The translations under genes were made by a program, and so were the position numbers. Under the pieces are notes generated by a model, which ran no database searches, had not been told where the DNA came from, and saw nothing but the letters and a program-made list of their open reading frames with translations. A stretch of DNA of 64,000 nucleotides, from the NCBI RefSeq assembly GCF_000150275.1, contig NW_002060945.1, positions 3,433,172 through 3,497,171 on the forward strand, written 5' to 3'. How positions within the stretch are numbered: the first letter of the stretch is position 1; the number at the start of each line of letters is the position of its first letter. The stretch is from Trichoplax adhaerens (Eukaryota; Animalia; Placozoa). Of this stretch, positions 10,315 through 25,600 are shown piece by piece.

Positions 10315-13300
10315 TTAACAGCTTTTGAGCTCTAATTGAATATCAAGTAAATATTCATTTTTATTATTTATACTTTGGCGAAACAACTGTGTGTGTTGCC
10401 AAGCAACATCGCCTTTTCCTCCGCTCAAAAACGCCGTTAGAGTAACTTCTTGGCAATCATGTACTTCTGGACATTCAATTACTTCTTTTCCTTCATTAAA
10501 ATAAGAAAGTTGATGGTACCTTGAATCTATTTCTGGATACTCGATTTAGTTCAACTTATTTAGTTATGCTTACCTCCTGCCCACGACTTTTGTACTCCGT
10601 TTTCTCCTTTAATTGTCCATATCACTTGACCGTCTTCGTAAATTGCCGTAGAAGCAAATACAGAGATGGACTTCACTGCAAGACTAGCTTTCGATAAATC
10701 GATCTTCCAAGTTAATGATGCAGAATTGGTTCCTTCAATTCTAGCTAAGTAGACCTTTGGATAGCGAAGATAGAAAGAGAAAGCATGAATCTATCCTATC
10801 TTTAGTATTAAATTACGAAATTCATATGAACTATATTATTTAATAAATCAGATATAAATACATACCATCTTCCAATCGTGTTCAACTTTACGAAATAGAG
10901 AATTGGCTTCGTAAGTATAATTATCCCATCCACTGAGTTCATCTACTTTATCGTGTACATCGTCATTTGAATGTACGTAGACGTCGGTTGAAGGGCAATA
11001 TCTCAATCGAAATCTGAAAAGATTAACTATACGGTAATTATGGGAGTTCTATTTCGTGTAGATACATCTCGTTTACGATAAACGTTGATACCGTAACTCA
11101 CTTTTTATCAGATATGTCTTTTTCATTGGGCTCAAAAACAAAAGATTGACTTCTAGATGACGCATTTTTCGTTTCACCACGTGATTGCCTCCATGCTAGA
11201 GATCCAGATACCCTTCCACCGTAACCTTGCCCATCGGTCTGTTTTGGTGCAAGGAATTCCAAAATTTCAGCAAAGGATCGCAGTTGCAGCAACTGAACCC
11301 TTTCTGTAGGTTTATCTGACTGTAACTAAGTATAATGGAGCAAATGAATGATTAAAAATAGCACGAAATAACAAGGCTATTAGTTAAACTGTTTAAACAT
11401 TTAATAAATCTATCTTTTATCAAATTTTTACCTTCCGATTAAATGAATTTATTGCTTGTGTTAACCAGGTTTCGCGACATTCCTGACGTCTTTGGCGAAC
11501 TTCTTCCGATTTTGCGGTATAGCGCCACGTGACATCGACAACCTGCAGGGATTCAAAGATATTTTATGGCAGAAATGGTGATGGATGAACACTCGTGTAC
11601 ATAATAAACAAATTCATATCGAAAAGTGCATAGCACACATTTTCAACCTGCTCAGACGAAAAAGCAATGACATATGTTAATTTCTTCCCCCAACCAATTT
11701 CGTAGAGTAATGGTTTATCGCATGCATCTTCGCAAGGATCGCAATGTAGCCATCGTTGTTGACGATTAGAGAAGACCTCAGTCCAAACATGGTCTGTCCA
11801 ATCAATTACAAGTCGCGCCTCAAATCCCATAGCTCGACAGCATAGTGTGAAGCAATTAGCCCATTCTCCACATCTTCCTTCACGGGTATCAAGCAATTTA
11901 CTGGGGTGATTAAATCGTGGAAACCTTGTTATTAATCCACATATTGTGCATTTATAGGCTTCAACTCGTGATGCACCCCATTTTAAGTCGTCAGTAGTAG
12001 GAGGAGCATTTCCTATATTTGACGTCTGACCACCACAGGAGTTGCAAGGCGGCTGGTCAACCCATGAGAAGAAATTATTTTTAAACCAATGTAACAACTC
12101 TAAAAGTAAGTAGTCCATTATGATTTGGTCAGATTGATCTGGTCCGGCGGCGCCATCAATTTCCCGCTCCGAGAGTTTGATTGCTTTGGATCTAAGATCA
12201 TCGACAGGGATTACAGAAAGTGCTTTCGCTTGAGAATCTTTCTGTTCGTAAACCATTACTTGTTGAGACCATGTTTCTAACTTTGCATAAAAAGCTTCTT
12301 CTGATCTAGCCTTAAAATAACATTTATAGATACCATGGTATTATTCAATAGCGTTTCAATTTGTTCGAGATATACATCGCATAACATTCAATAATGTATA
12401 ATCAGAAATTCTTACTATCATTACGAGTTGTATACGCAGTAGATACAAAATTAAGACAAGTTTGAAGCACAGTACGAGTATTCATGTGCATGTACATGAT
12501 CATTGGAAGGGGAAAGTAATATTCAAATTGATGCTATCTTACAAGCTGTGATGTCAGTTGTTCACGTGGCGGTGCTTGTTGAGATGCTTGATTTAAGTTA
12601 CTTGGAGTAAGAGCTGGTGTTGCTACTAGTGGCGGTAATTGTAGATTTCTTCGAGTTCTTTCATTTATTAGCGATTGATGAATATCCGTTAAATCATGTA
12701 GCGGATATTGCAATGGTAGAATGTAATTGCCATCTTCCTATGTAGGAGAATGCAAGGAAAAAAGTTTATCAACAAAATTTAGAATGCAGGTAGGATTCAA
12801 TTTCAGACAAGACAGTTTGTACCAAAGAAGCAAGGCTTACGAAATGTCTATTGAGTTCTATCCGTCTATACTGTATGTATGAATTAAAGCTAAGTATTTC
12901 TATGTCTCGATTTTCTTACACTATGTTATTAAGAAAGATGTATGTGGGACTGTCGATAGCACGTATGACTAACGATAACTATATTTTGTTATGGATCACT
13001 CGATCTCTAACGCTATCATTTCATTCAATTCCCGTCTACTGTGCTGTACTGTAGATCAACACAAATACGAGTATTGATATCGGTATCTTTACAATCTACA
13101 TGTTGCTATTTTGTGATAAAGAAAGACGTTATTGGCCATCAATTACACTTGGAAAGACACAGTTATCCTTCGTATTATTCATAGTAACCCTCTACATCCG
13201 TAGTAAACACGTCTATACGAGTATTTACAATATTTTATAATATGCTCGTATTTACTTATGATGATGATTATACTACAGTACTGTCCAGTAGATCGCTTGA

Positions 13301-13682
13301 ACAATACTCCAGTATGCGGTACTGTACTTTGTATTTGCCATCATTATAACTGGGAAAGGAACACTTGCCTTCGTGGATTATTGATTGTACTCAATATAAC
13401 ATCATACATATACATATAAGAGTTTAGAATATTATTAGTTGCTCATGATGAGCGAATGATGACTACCTGTCGAAATCCCATCGCCAGAAGGCATTCAATA
13501 GCGCCATCAGCAGGTAAAATTCGATTCTTAAAGATATCATTGGTAGTTTTAATCTTGCGAAACTTGATAATCTCTGGCTCTTTTAATATGTTACTAGTAT
13601 AACGAAGTATAGCATATGAAGCATCATCGAAAACTTTCCCGCTATTTTTCTCTATCAATCGAATTACTGTAGCGTGCACCAT
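10315..13682 (-). CDS. NGLY1: Peptide:N-glycanase (PUB, transglutaminase-like and PAW domains), about 8 exons
   Basis: PUB exon 13682..~13467 ([16 protein letters not shown]). Core exon has CNSC/CTIC zinc ligands and catalytic-triad motifs [16 protein letters not shown] and HCDPCE. PAW exons include [15 protein letters not shown] and [17 protein letters not shown]. Stop at 10315-10317. Confidence 0.95.
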
Positions 13683-13949
13683 CTTGTCTAGTAGAAGTTG
13701 GGAAGTTTGGAGTTTACGTTAATGCAGAACGATTTGCGATTTTACTTGGAGTTCCAAAGCTGCAGAAAATAATTTCCCTTTGAATGGGTTGAATTTACAG
13801 TTCTACTGTACTCTGCGCAGTACTGACTCAGCTGGCACTATAGTATAGAGCACTGTACTGAACAGTACGATACGGGGCTGTAGTGTACAGTACGTTCTAC
13901 AGCTACAGACAGTGTACTGTACGGACAAGGCCAATGGCAATCTCAGATT

Positions 13950-14215
13950 CAAAAAATTTCTTTCCAATGGTGAACTTCTCGGAGCGAAATTTAACCAGCA
14001 TAAATAAAGAATTCTTGAAGGCTGGTAATTGATTATCTTAGAATTTACAGGAATACTGCCACACCAAGTCAAAAGTTTCAAAAATTTCTAATCAGGAATT
14101 TCTCATGACCAAACTTAGCCAGCGTAAATAAGAATTGTTGAAGGCTGGTGTTTACCTTACAGTAAATAATGCTGTCGAATTTGCACCAATACTGCCGCAT
14201 GAAGCAAAAAGTGAG
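13950..14215. repeat. Diverged two-copy direct repeat (unit about 125-135 bp)
   Basis: CCAGC.TAAATAA.GAATT.TTGAAGGCTGGT at ~13995 and ~14119; AATACTGCC at ~14053 and ~14189. Confidence 0.7.
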
Positions 14216-16623
14216 CATTGCTAACCCCAACATCTTGGTATGCCACTTCTCGTTCGTTATTAATTACCGCATTATTTCAGGAGCTTTAATGAATTAAATT
14301 ACTGTATTGTACACTTGCACAAGATAATGTTTAGACGTACACGGATAAGCCCATGGACTTGTATGCTGTAACATGGACTACTAAATTACATTTTTAGGTG
14401 CATCTAGTAATCCATGTCTGTAGGCATTGCATTCTGGACCGAAGTAGTGCGGATTCTCGCTCGTTAGATATGTGCCGACTACGTGCAGTAGTGGATTTTC
14501 AGAGGAGGAAGCTGAAAACTATAAATTAACAACTCGGGAAGGGATCTCTTACTAAAAGACAGATATCATACGTTCAATGTACTTATACCATAGTACAGCA
14601 TGAGATCGAAATCACCTTGAAAGATATAGTAACTTGCACCTTATCGCTAAACAAATAAACCTTGCTCAAGATGGTACTTCTAAGGCGCATCAGCGCGATC
14701 AAAATCGCTTATTCCTTGTAGCTTTCTTTATCAGTGAATTTTGAGAACGCTATTAAGTAACTTGAATTACAATACTGCACAGGGTTTAAACGGGAAAGTA
14801 TTTATGAAAATGATTGATGGTAATTACAATTCTGTGGCCATCATCGATTGGAGCTGATTCGACTCTATAACTTCACTAGTTAGAATTAAATTCAAGCATT
14901 TAACAGGCATGCTTTGCTTACAACTATTGTAAAATTGACATCTAGCTAATTACACTACTGTAGGATACCTGAATGTATGTTGAAAATCTCATTTCGTGGT
15001 CCAGTTGTGGACATTAAATTAAACCAATGATCATTGGTGATGGAAAGCAGGTGCAATATACCATAATACGCAAAATTTGCATACAAGTTTTTCGATTTTA
15101 TCGAGCCTTCTTGTGCTATATTATAATAATATTTGTTTACGTATCATTAATTCATCTGTAGTACAAAGACAGGGAGCTTCTTCCCTTGGGACTACAGGCT
15201 GGCTCAATCTGTACCACTCTTACAACAACTCTCACTACTTGACATGTAGATTCTAAACTTCTAGCCGAACATTTGTAAAAGGCTTGTTTAGAATATAAAA
15301 TAATCCGCACAGCATATAAACAGAGCAACAATCAATAGATCGTTTTCGTCGCAGTTTTCATCATCTACGATCACTACCTTAACTATGCTGTAGATGTGGT
15401 ATGGTAATAAAGTTAGTACTTTGATTTTGGTGCTCTTTGGTTAATAGCCTGCGAATAAACCCTGCACAAGAATCCGTAAATTTAAAACGTCATCTATGGG
15501 TCCGAATCAATTGAGGTTGACACTTTTGTCAATGAATTATCTACGTTATGTATTTTTAGTCAAATTTCATGAATTAAAACTACTGTATAATATTGAGCTA
15601 GTTGAAATAAATTGCACCTATCACACTTATTGTAAGTTATGTATTCTAAATATCCATGATCAAGTATTGCAAAAAAACATTCAACTGTAACGTCGTCATA
15701 TCGTGCATACAGTTTGTGCACTGTTTTGCATATTACTTTCATGCATTTCAAATTTTTTGTATGAGACTATGAGGCATCAAACCAATTGTAGATAACTATT
15801 ACAGATTATATTTTGTAGTAGTATTAAACAGTAAAAGTATTATTTTTGATGAATGATAACATATCAGAGGGGGATAATTAGAATCACAGGCTCGCCCAAA
15901 CTCTTTGATAATATCACGATAGCATACAAAGGCACTACAATAGCTACGCGCTATGTATTCGTCACAGCAGATACTTAATTGCAAATAACGTCTTATTATT
16001 TATGCAGCGCCATACGGCATAACGGTCAAAGTGAGTCAATTTACCGTTAAATAAAACTGTCAATAAGGATACTGCTGTACTACAACGTTATAGACAGACA
16101 TATTTATATAGGTCGTTATAGATATATGTGCATTCATAAATAATCGCCAGTACAGTAGCGAACTAAAATTTGGAACTTAATCTGAAGCCATAGACTTCAA
16201 TGGTTTAAATATACTCACATCATTATTGCTTATAGCACACAAACTGTCATAAATAATCAATATAGTGGCTTGTGATAGCGAGATACTCTTCGCGTTAGTA
16301 GATTTCAGCTAAAAGTAATGAAAAGCTTTCCAAGTAATAATTTTTATCTCGAATTTGCTCCTAGACATATCATGAAGTTACATAGCTACAATCAAATTAT
16401 ACTTGTATAGCTGATACGGACTTCAATCTACACTATCGAAATATTCTTACCTACTGTAATAAGTGAATTTAACAACAACAATATAGTACTACGGTACTTG
16501 GCATATACCTATTGGGCATCTTATCAAATAATTTACAGAAAAAATTGGCTAAGAATCGTAGAATCGTAAAATCTTTCGTGATAATTAAGCAAACTTTAAT
16601 AACAAGAAAGAATATTACTGTGC

Positions 16624-19600
16624 ATGATGGAGACCAAATCAAGCAAGACTGAAGTAAAAACTGATGACACATCTCCTATTTCAGTACGGCAAACAAGCCT
16701 CCCTGACAAAGATAAACGGATACGTTTCAGGAGCGAAGACAAGGTTAACCTAATTAGATCTTATTTTTACGAACTCTTCGACTATTGTATGAGTATACTA
16801 CCTATACAGTTGTTACATGAATCACCTTTTAACTTAATCCGTCATTTAACGCCCTTATAACTTAGTTGAACTATTGTGCTGTAAACAGAATACTCATACA
16901 AATGCGTACGATACTCAAAGTTTTGTCATATAAATACCTTGAATGAATTACGCTCATCAAAAAAAGATTATCCACTACAACTCCTCTGATTCCTTCCAAA
17001 ATATATGATTGAGCACAGATAATGCGATACTAAATTTTAATTTTATACCCTATTTACAGTTCAAGAAGGCATTAGTATCTAACCGAAACATGTTAATGTA
17101 TAAACTATCGGTCTTATATAGAGTAGTTTAAATACTATACTATGTTGCATTATTAAATAAGCGTCTGTTGACTATGCAATATAGTACTGCAGTTGTCAGG
17201 TCGGTTATCATTTTGTCTTATATATTTTTGTAGCATCCCAATATCATTGCTCGATACCGTAAGCTATGATGACACAATTAGACAGTTCTGTGCTTTGAGT
17301 AAGAGATAATCGCTCGAAAGGAATGAATGTGAATTCCTATCAAATGTGAGAAGGAGTCAATAACATATTTGAAATACGAAAAATAGAATGCAAATATGAT
17401 AGCTATAAAATTCTGTCTTTAGTGGTAGGGAAGTTGTCTCATTTACGTATTACGAATATATTATGACTTTGTCATGTATGGTAATAATTGAAAGTTGTCC
17501 AAGTGAATGCATAACTGCACTTTGATCCAGGTTCCACAGCAATATTATCAGTCACTATATCTATTCGTACATTGCTTTACATATACGTATAACTGCACAA
17601 TTCCTAAAGATAATTTGATCAATCTTTTTGATTCATATACGCCTATTGAATATGAGCTACAACAAGTCCTGATAATACTTGTACGTATTCAGAAATTTAA
17701 ATAGCTTATAAATTAATAAGAATTGGTGCATATCAGATCATATTAATTATCCACTTTTATATTTTTTGTAGTAGCCTCTACCTTGTGTGCCTCGCTCTGA
17801 AAAATTCATTGACGATCAGTATAGTAAAGAGATAATAAAAACTACCAAAACCCGTAAAATTCCACGGTATACTGTACTAACAACGTGATGCACGTACGTG
17901 CTATCGTAATAATATGATTTGAAGTGATCATTCTTACGAATTGCTGTAATATCACAAATATACGAATATTGTAGTAACAGCATGATTCATGATCTTGTGA
18001 AGAAACTAATTAATTATAAATACGAGTCGTACTTGTCATACCTTTATCATATTTTACAATGTCTTCAGAAATACAGTCATATTATAGAATACTATATTTT
18101 TCACTAAAACTTGCCAATTTATAAATATATGACTGTATAACACAATATTTTCAGGTTGCAGAAAGGTAATCTTCCACTTTGTGGTGCTCCACGCTGATAA
18201 AGTTTGTCCCTATGTAATTTCAGCTTGACAATAATCATGCAGCACAGTATTTGTATATTGCCTGCAGTGAATTATTAAGCCTTGTATTAATGGGAATGTA
18301 AGATAGACTTACTGCACTACATGTATACGTCATATGTACAATATACTAGGATTAATAACTACTAGAAAGCGGAACTCTAAATATCCCTAGCACGATTGCA
18401 GTTCTTTAAAACATCTTCTATATAGGATCCCTTACGGAACGTATACGAATCGTTGCAACTTCAACTAAACCATTTATTTTAACTGTTTACTTAATTTCTA
18501 ACATTTAGACAGATTTGTCGTTCATATTGTGTACGTAAAAAATACGTCTATTACTATTCTCGATTTTTTTACTGTATGTATCATAACCCTTCATCAAAGT
18601 TCTCATGTAGCTGCAATGTGTAGGTATAGTTATAATCTATCACAAGATACAATTCAAGTATGTCCTTGCGCTAAGCAAGAAAGAACACGAGCGTTACCTA
18701 TCGTTACTGCAATTTTTATTAAGCTTCATAGCTATCCCGCAAATGGTAAACTGTGCTCATTAAAAGATTTCTCTTGGATGATATCGGTAGCTAGAATGAT
18801 TCTTTATTCGTCTACTGTAGTCACAATTTATATGAAACATAACGGTCACTTTTCTGCTAGCTACGTTGTACAGTAAGTACACATAAAAGCTTACACTACA
18901 GCATATAAAGTTTTAAAAATACAGGGAAGATGAAGTTTTAATGCAATTTAAAACACGGCTGACCAACACGTTTAGAATCTGGCTATATGATGGGTAGTTA
19001 TTCTCTCCTAAATTTTATAGAATTGATTTTTGTAAATCCATTTTTTAGCACAAATACTAGTATGTACTATTGGATCATTTAGGAATTCTATTCACATTGG
19101 GATCCGCTGTGTATTATACGTATGTATGTATTTGGTAAAACATAACTTTACAAAGCAACATCAGGATATCATATCTTCGTTCATCTGTAGTAATAAAATT
19201 AAAATCGTTCATTTGGTATAAAGTAAACTCTTATTATACATAGTAATTTCAAATTTATAATATTGAAAACTTATTAGCAGACTAGTTAATCGATATATCA
19301 ACACTATGTAAAGCTTGATAACTCTGTAGTCGTAACAGATAGACCTACAGCTAGTATAACCCTCTTATTTTATGATCGTTTACCATACACATTTGTATAA
19401 GATACCCAATAATAATATCTTTATATAAATCAGAACTAAATATATTAGTGTCAAAAATTGAAAAACAATAATAATAATAATGGATAGTATTCGCTAATGC
19501 AATTATTCATGGATTAGGACGACAATAAGTTGTTTTCTTGTGCACTATATCATTTATAGCAGTATGATCTCATGTTAAAAATACCTTCAGCAAAGACAAA

Positions 19601-22600
19601 GACGATCACTACTAAGTACTCTTTGAATATCAGGCATAAATAGCACTAGGTAGAATCAACGATAAAACTTTTAGCCTGTACAATGTGCGTACATCTTATA
19701 TAATTATGAATTACAGGAATTGTAAATGAGTATGCGTTGAAACGGCCATTTCATTACGTGTGTAATAACTTACTCATACTTATACGCATATAATAAGATG
19801 AACATCACTTTCATTGATTACCCTTCTTGGCTTGTTTGACAGCCTATACCAGTAATAAAATTTAAACTTACAACTAGAGTATTCGACTAGCGGCATGATT
19901 TTCCTACCAATTAGAGAATATTCATCTGGTTGCTATTGATAATACGTATATATTGACTTTGCACACTTTTTTGATCATTTTAGGGAGTTCGTGGTGGAAG
20001 CGACCAAGATAAAAAAAAAAATAGCGTCCAGACCAACAAGGATTCCAATGAAATTGCAGAACCAATAGAAACAATAAAAACTATCCCGCATGACAACCTT
20101 ATTGGAGGTAATAGTGACGGGGAAATAGCAGAAACTGTAGAAATCATCGGAGAGTATTTATTGAAAAAGCGCAAGTGGCCGATGAAGGGTTGGCATAAGG
20201 TAAGGAGTAATGCATTCAAAAATAAACGTTAGCAAGCTGCACCTGACTTTACTAAAAGTGCCCGATTTTGACTACCCAGCCCACGCTCCTCTAATCTGAG
20301 ATGATTCAATATTATAAATTCAATAGCGCAGACAAATGTAAATCAATCTAGTTTAGAAAATTTGAATGAATCCTATTAATATGTAAATTAAAAAGGAAAT
20401 ACACAGTAGCTAGTGCTAAGTAATAATGATGGACAAGGTATTTATACTATAGCATCCATGATCAAACAATACTTGACCACTTTAACCCAGTAACCTTCAT
20501 ATCTGTTTCAATAATATTAAAAACAGCAATATAGATAGCCAACAAATGAGATTTAGCAATATTATAACTACAGAATGAGGAGTTCGATCAATAAAAATGA
20601 AAGTATTAACTCTATACGGACGATATTGACGAAACAAGAAGGAGACATAAGACAATAGGATAAGAACATAAGAAACGATCAAAAGTAAAAAATTTCTTTT
20701 GTTGATAGGTACTGTTTATCTTTAACTTTGCATTATTGTTATTTTTTGTCTTCTATCCTCATTTTCAATTATTCATGTTAAAATATGATCCGAGCATTGG
20801 CTCCTCTATCATATCTACAATATCATCAACGTTCAGAATTTTCTCACTTATTTTACTTCTTTAGAATTCATTTACAATCACCTAGGAATAGTGTTTACTT
20901 TTGTAAGAGTCTGCGCGTATGTATGTACATTATTAGCAAATGAATGGCCTTCTCTTTACAGCAGTATAAGGGTATGATGAAGAAAGCTGAGACTCTCAAT
21001 AACAGTATCATTTGTATAGTCTTGAAAAGGATAAAAACTATATTGTGTTGCTGTAAGGTTGATAAAGTCGGCTGTAGTGGCTCTGCTCCACTCTGACTCT
21101 ATTACCTTTTCAAATATCGGTCATCTTTTGTTTACATCCAGTCCTCTCTACAATGTATATTGGATTGTAAATTATATAGAAATAGACCATGACAGTCGTT
21201 ATTTATACTTGTATTTATTCTCAATTTTTTCCATTCATTATGTTATTTCTGCCTTACATCTAATACTAGGATACCATCTATATACCGAGAGTCTACAACA
21301 TATACAGTATTCTATTGTGTTGTCTTTTCTAGTTAACTTCATTATATTTTCAATAACATTCCCAATTTAGACATTACTCTCAATAATACTGCTCAACTCA
21401 CTCCTCTAACCAATCATACTTTCTATGGTAATATTTGGCTCATCTATTGATTGTATGACGCAAATTGAGTTTAGAAGATTACCATACGGTTTTTAATAGT
21501 CAAAGCCATTGATTATATACTATAATAAGTCTCAACGTCATAATAATATTATTACCAACCTATTCAGATATAGCGTCATCACCCTACCAATTCTATCCTA
21601 TTCTATACATTCTTCAACATTAGTCGATCACTGAAACTTTCACAACGAGAGCAATATCGATAGAGTAGAATATTCGATATTATTTTTCATCATCTGATCA
21701 AATACCATTTCGTATCAATTCTGGTTGGGTGTAATTGTGTAAAGTCCTATTTCACGCCCAACACATTAAATCCAATAACTGAACATTATCTTTAGAGCTG
21801 AAACTTTTTTGAAAGTAATAGAATCAACGTAAGTAAGATAGTCGAGCACGCTTTGAAGTCAAAATTGGGCTTAATATTAGATTTACTTCTTTCCATAATG
21901 GATTTTCTTAACCAAACTGACTAAAAAAGATGTTGCTCTACTTGCTCTTCTAATTGATTATTTTTTTAAACGATAGAGATTCTTTCGATTGGACAAGGGA
22001 ATTTTAATCTACTCTCATACACAATCGCAAGTAAGTAAATTTCAAGGAAAAGTAATGATTAACTGCTTTAGTGTGGGTAAAGTAAGTTTGAAATTATTAA
22101 TCTTCGACAAGTTCAAGAAGAGACACTAAATTACTGATGTAAAATATAAAATAAAATCAATTCTTTTAAAAAAGCAAATTGCTTTATTCTCTATATATCT
22201 GCTATAATTCACATACAACACTTTCAATTTCTTTTCCTATCTCTTATCCCTTCATTCTTTATTTTACATACGTCTTATCGGTTCTATAGTCATTATTTCT
22301 CTTGAATATCGGAAATTACGAAAGCGTTGGAGTTAGCAGAATATAAATTATGATATATTTCCTAGTTACAGATAGTACAAGTCTGCGTTGATCATATGAT
22401 AGATTTTGAATACACTTTACTATTAGTTTAGTAAAGTTAGACTAATGACCATATTTACTGGCTTTGATAATAAATATGTTGATGGTGTTATAAATAAGAC
22501 GAAATCAAAAATAACCCTTCATACGTTCATTGGATAGCGCTTTGACAACCCACTTACATAAAACAACATCCTATAACACTAGTAAAATGATAGATCAACT

Positions 22601-25600
22601 ACATTTGTGGTATTAACAGACATTAAGATTTCCCTTTAATTTATTTTTACTGTGCTTTATGTCGTCTCATTTACGTATATGTAAATATATATGTAACATT
22701 ATACATGGTCTCTAGCTTGAAATAATATCTAAGTTGTTGTAGTTGATTGTATGGTGAGTCTTAAAAATTAGAATTCTCACAAGATTCGGAATATCTCGAA
22801 ATGAACCATTCATAATGTCGCGTTGCTATTCGCAATGTTCTACGTTAATATGATCTATCAAACCAAAGTTAAAATTTATCAACTTAACCTATCCTTCGTT
22901 CTTTTCTTTGATCATTTTTTTAATGCCCTTTTGCCAACGTAACAATAAATTTCTACAAATTCAATTCTGATTTATACTTGGTTTCCTTCGAAGTTTAAGT
23001 ATTCAGCCAATAATCGAAGCTAGCGCTTTACCTTGTTAATTCTAATTATGATTTGTATACTACGTAGTTAACACTACATGTATATAACTTTCTTTTGAAA
23101 TTGACTTCTTTGATTTGAGCATCAATGATGATAATCATATTTAATGTTATAATGATGTCAAGTGCCTGATAAAAAACTGCCTGAAAGATATCCTTAGATC
23201 TGATAATAGATTTTATCCAATGCCGTTTTTGGCTTTCTAATCTATTTTGTAGTTGACTACGTAATTTGCTAATATGAACATATAACACGGAGTGTACTTT
23301 ATATTTTTAACTGCTATTATATATGCGATCTTTATAACTCTATAATAGATGCAAAAAGGTAAAATTAGTGGAGCTATCTCAGTAAAACAATGTGCAATAT
23401 CTACCAAACGTAATGCACTACGAATCGATATCGATGAAGAATTCGTTTATCATCTCAAGGCAAGTCATTCTTCTATTTTATCAATACTCAGATATTCATA
23501 ATCGTAAGCTTCGTAAATATAATATCAATGTCTAACAGTTGACTTTTACTCATCTACTTCCCTTTCTGAAATATTTACTGAAGTTACTGATATTACAGCA
23601 TAATACCTATTATCATAAAGAATACGATAATATATACAGTCTGAAATAAATTTATTTTTTTACATCCTGTACGGTCTCTAATAATAAAAGAATATATTAT
23701 TTGATAAATTGATCATGCCGATTAAAAAGGCATCATAAGTAGATTGACAGAGACGAATCTTTAAATTTCATCTTCTGTTTCTATCCAAATTAAAGCGTTT
23801 AAATTGAGTTCAAAGAATCATGAATATCGATAGTATTATTTTTAGTTTGCTTCATCATCAGATGTCTAAATCATACATAGAAATATTTTACTGCAGACTA
23901 GCTATTGTCTATTAAATTATATAATAATCTTTTGTGACAGAGCATAGTTGAGATGCTTTCTCCCTGTACATGGTATAGTATAGTTAGCACGCTTGAATTA
24001 TATATGGTATATATATATATATATATATATATCACGCTAACAAACCTCTACGACTACATTATTTATCAGTATCCAATTTTCTCAATATGGTCCTTATTCA
24101 GTACGTACATGGGTAACTGTGTACAAGATACACTCGTATATGACTTTGAGAATTTTGTATAAAACGAATCTCATCTAGTTAGTATACTTGCCTGAAACCG
24201 ATTCAGTTTTATTACATGATAATAGATTCCACTTATTAAGAGTAGGTGACACTTAAGTAATATAGGAATATTTCAATAAATAGAAATGATTTTACCCCAT
24301 ATTTTATGAATTATAATGGCTAAGATCAATCAATGTTGCAGTAGCATAATAACAAAATTAATAATGATCAAAGTTAACTATTTTACAATTTTAGTCTTTT
24401 AAAACGTCATTAATATTGAAAAATAGGCTAAAAATGATGAACAATTTTGTCGTTGGATCAAACATCTGAAAGCACATCGTGATTACTGCCATAAGTTGGC
24501 ATCAATTAATTTACGTACATCATCGATTCAAAGTCCATCTGTATTACATCATTCTACTCATCGTATTAATGTTGATAAAAGTAGTACGCCATATAATCGA
24601 GAAGTAACTGTTGTTGAACCATCACCAAGTGACGGTAATGCTGAAGATAGCTATTGTCAAGTCACCGATAATAAGCCTGATATTGAAAAACTAAAACTAG
24701 GTAAATAAAGATCGTACCATTCAAATATTAGTGTTATATGATCTTCTCACAATTGATTGATGTTTTAGCTTAAATTCTTTTGCTCGATGTTTTTTCTTGA
24801 ATCTTGATATATATTAGCGAATGTCAGTTATAGATACCTATGGTTAAACCTTGTATGTACAGTTCAGATTTGTTTGTAGGGTTCATTTAAATTTACCCAT
24901 ATCAAAATAAGAGTGTTTGAACTTGTATAACTAATAAAAATAGAGAAAATTTTATGTATTATTATTATAAAAATCAATATCTACCATTTCTACAGCTACT
25001 TTACAATCGATAAATTTCACAAATTCTATCATGATAGCAATAAATAGTCAATTACGTGTTCTTTGGACTATCAGTGATTTACAAACTTTACGATTACTTT
25101 ATTAGAACTTCATGATGCCGAAGAAGGATTAACTAGCCTATCACATTTACTGACTAAAATGAAAAATTCAATCGCACATCTTGACAATATCAATGAAAAA
25201 CATACTCAAGCCGCAGTATGTATTTTGTTATCGATCTCTTGATAAGAATATCTAAAAAATTTTTAAAATTAAAAAACCTTTTTCTATCGCTGTTGTTATT
25301 ATTATTATCTTTCTATTCATTTTACATTCAATCAATTGAAACTGGTAATTTCTTTTTCACACTATTTAAATTAGTCATCAGGTACATCAGTGTCCGATAG
25401 TGAGGTTAATGATAAGTCTAAAAAGAAAGGGCGCAAACTAAACGTAAAGAATACTACAAATTCTTCCTCCAACACGGTAAGTCAGCGATGTGTTACCCAA
25501 TTTCTATGAGGTTAACGAGATTGAAATAATAAGATGCTGAGAAAAAATAACGCACCGGTATTCGCTATTTTTAATATTTGAAATTAAATTAAGTGTGTAA

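Noticed and set aside
14216-19900. Many 60-115 aa ORFs from the track
   Set aside because: Low-complexity translations of AT-rich intron or intergenic DNA with no motifs; only 16624 is kept, as a candidate first exon.
21050-21790. Faint cadherin-like words ([24 protein letters not shown]) in an ORP intron
   Set aside because: Motifs are too short and scattered over broken frames to support a call without a profile search.
24008-24031. (TA)n run here, and (GA)n at ~58908-58923
   Set aside because: Ordinary short microsatellites.
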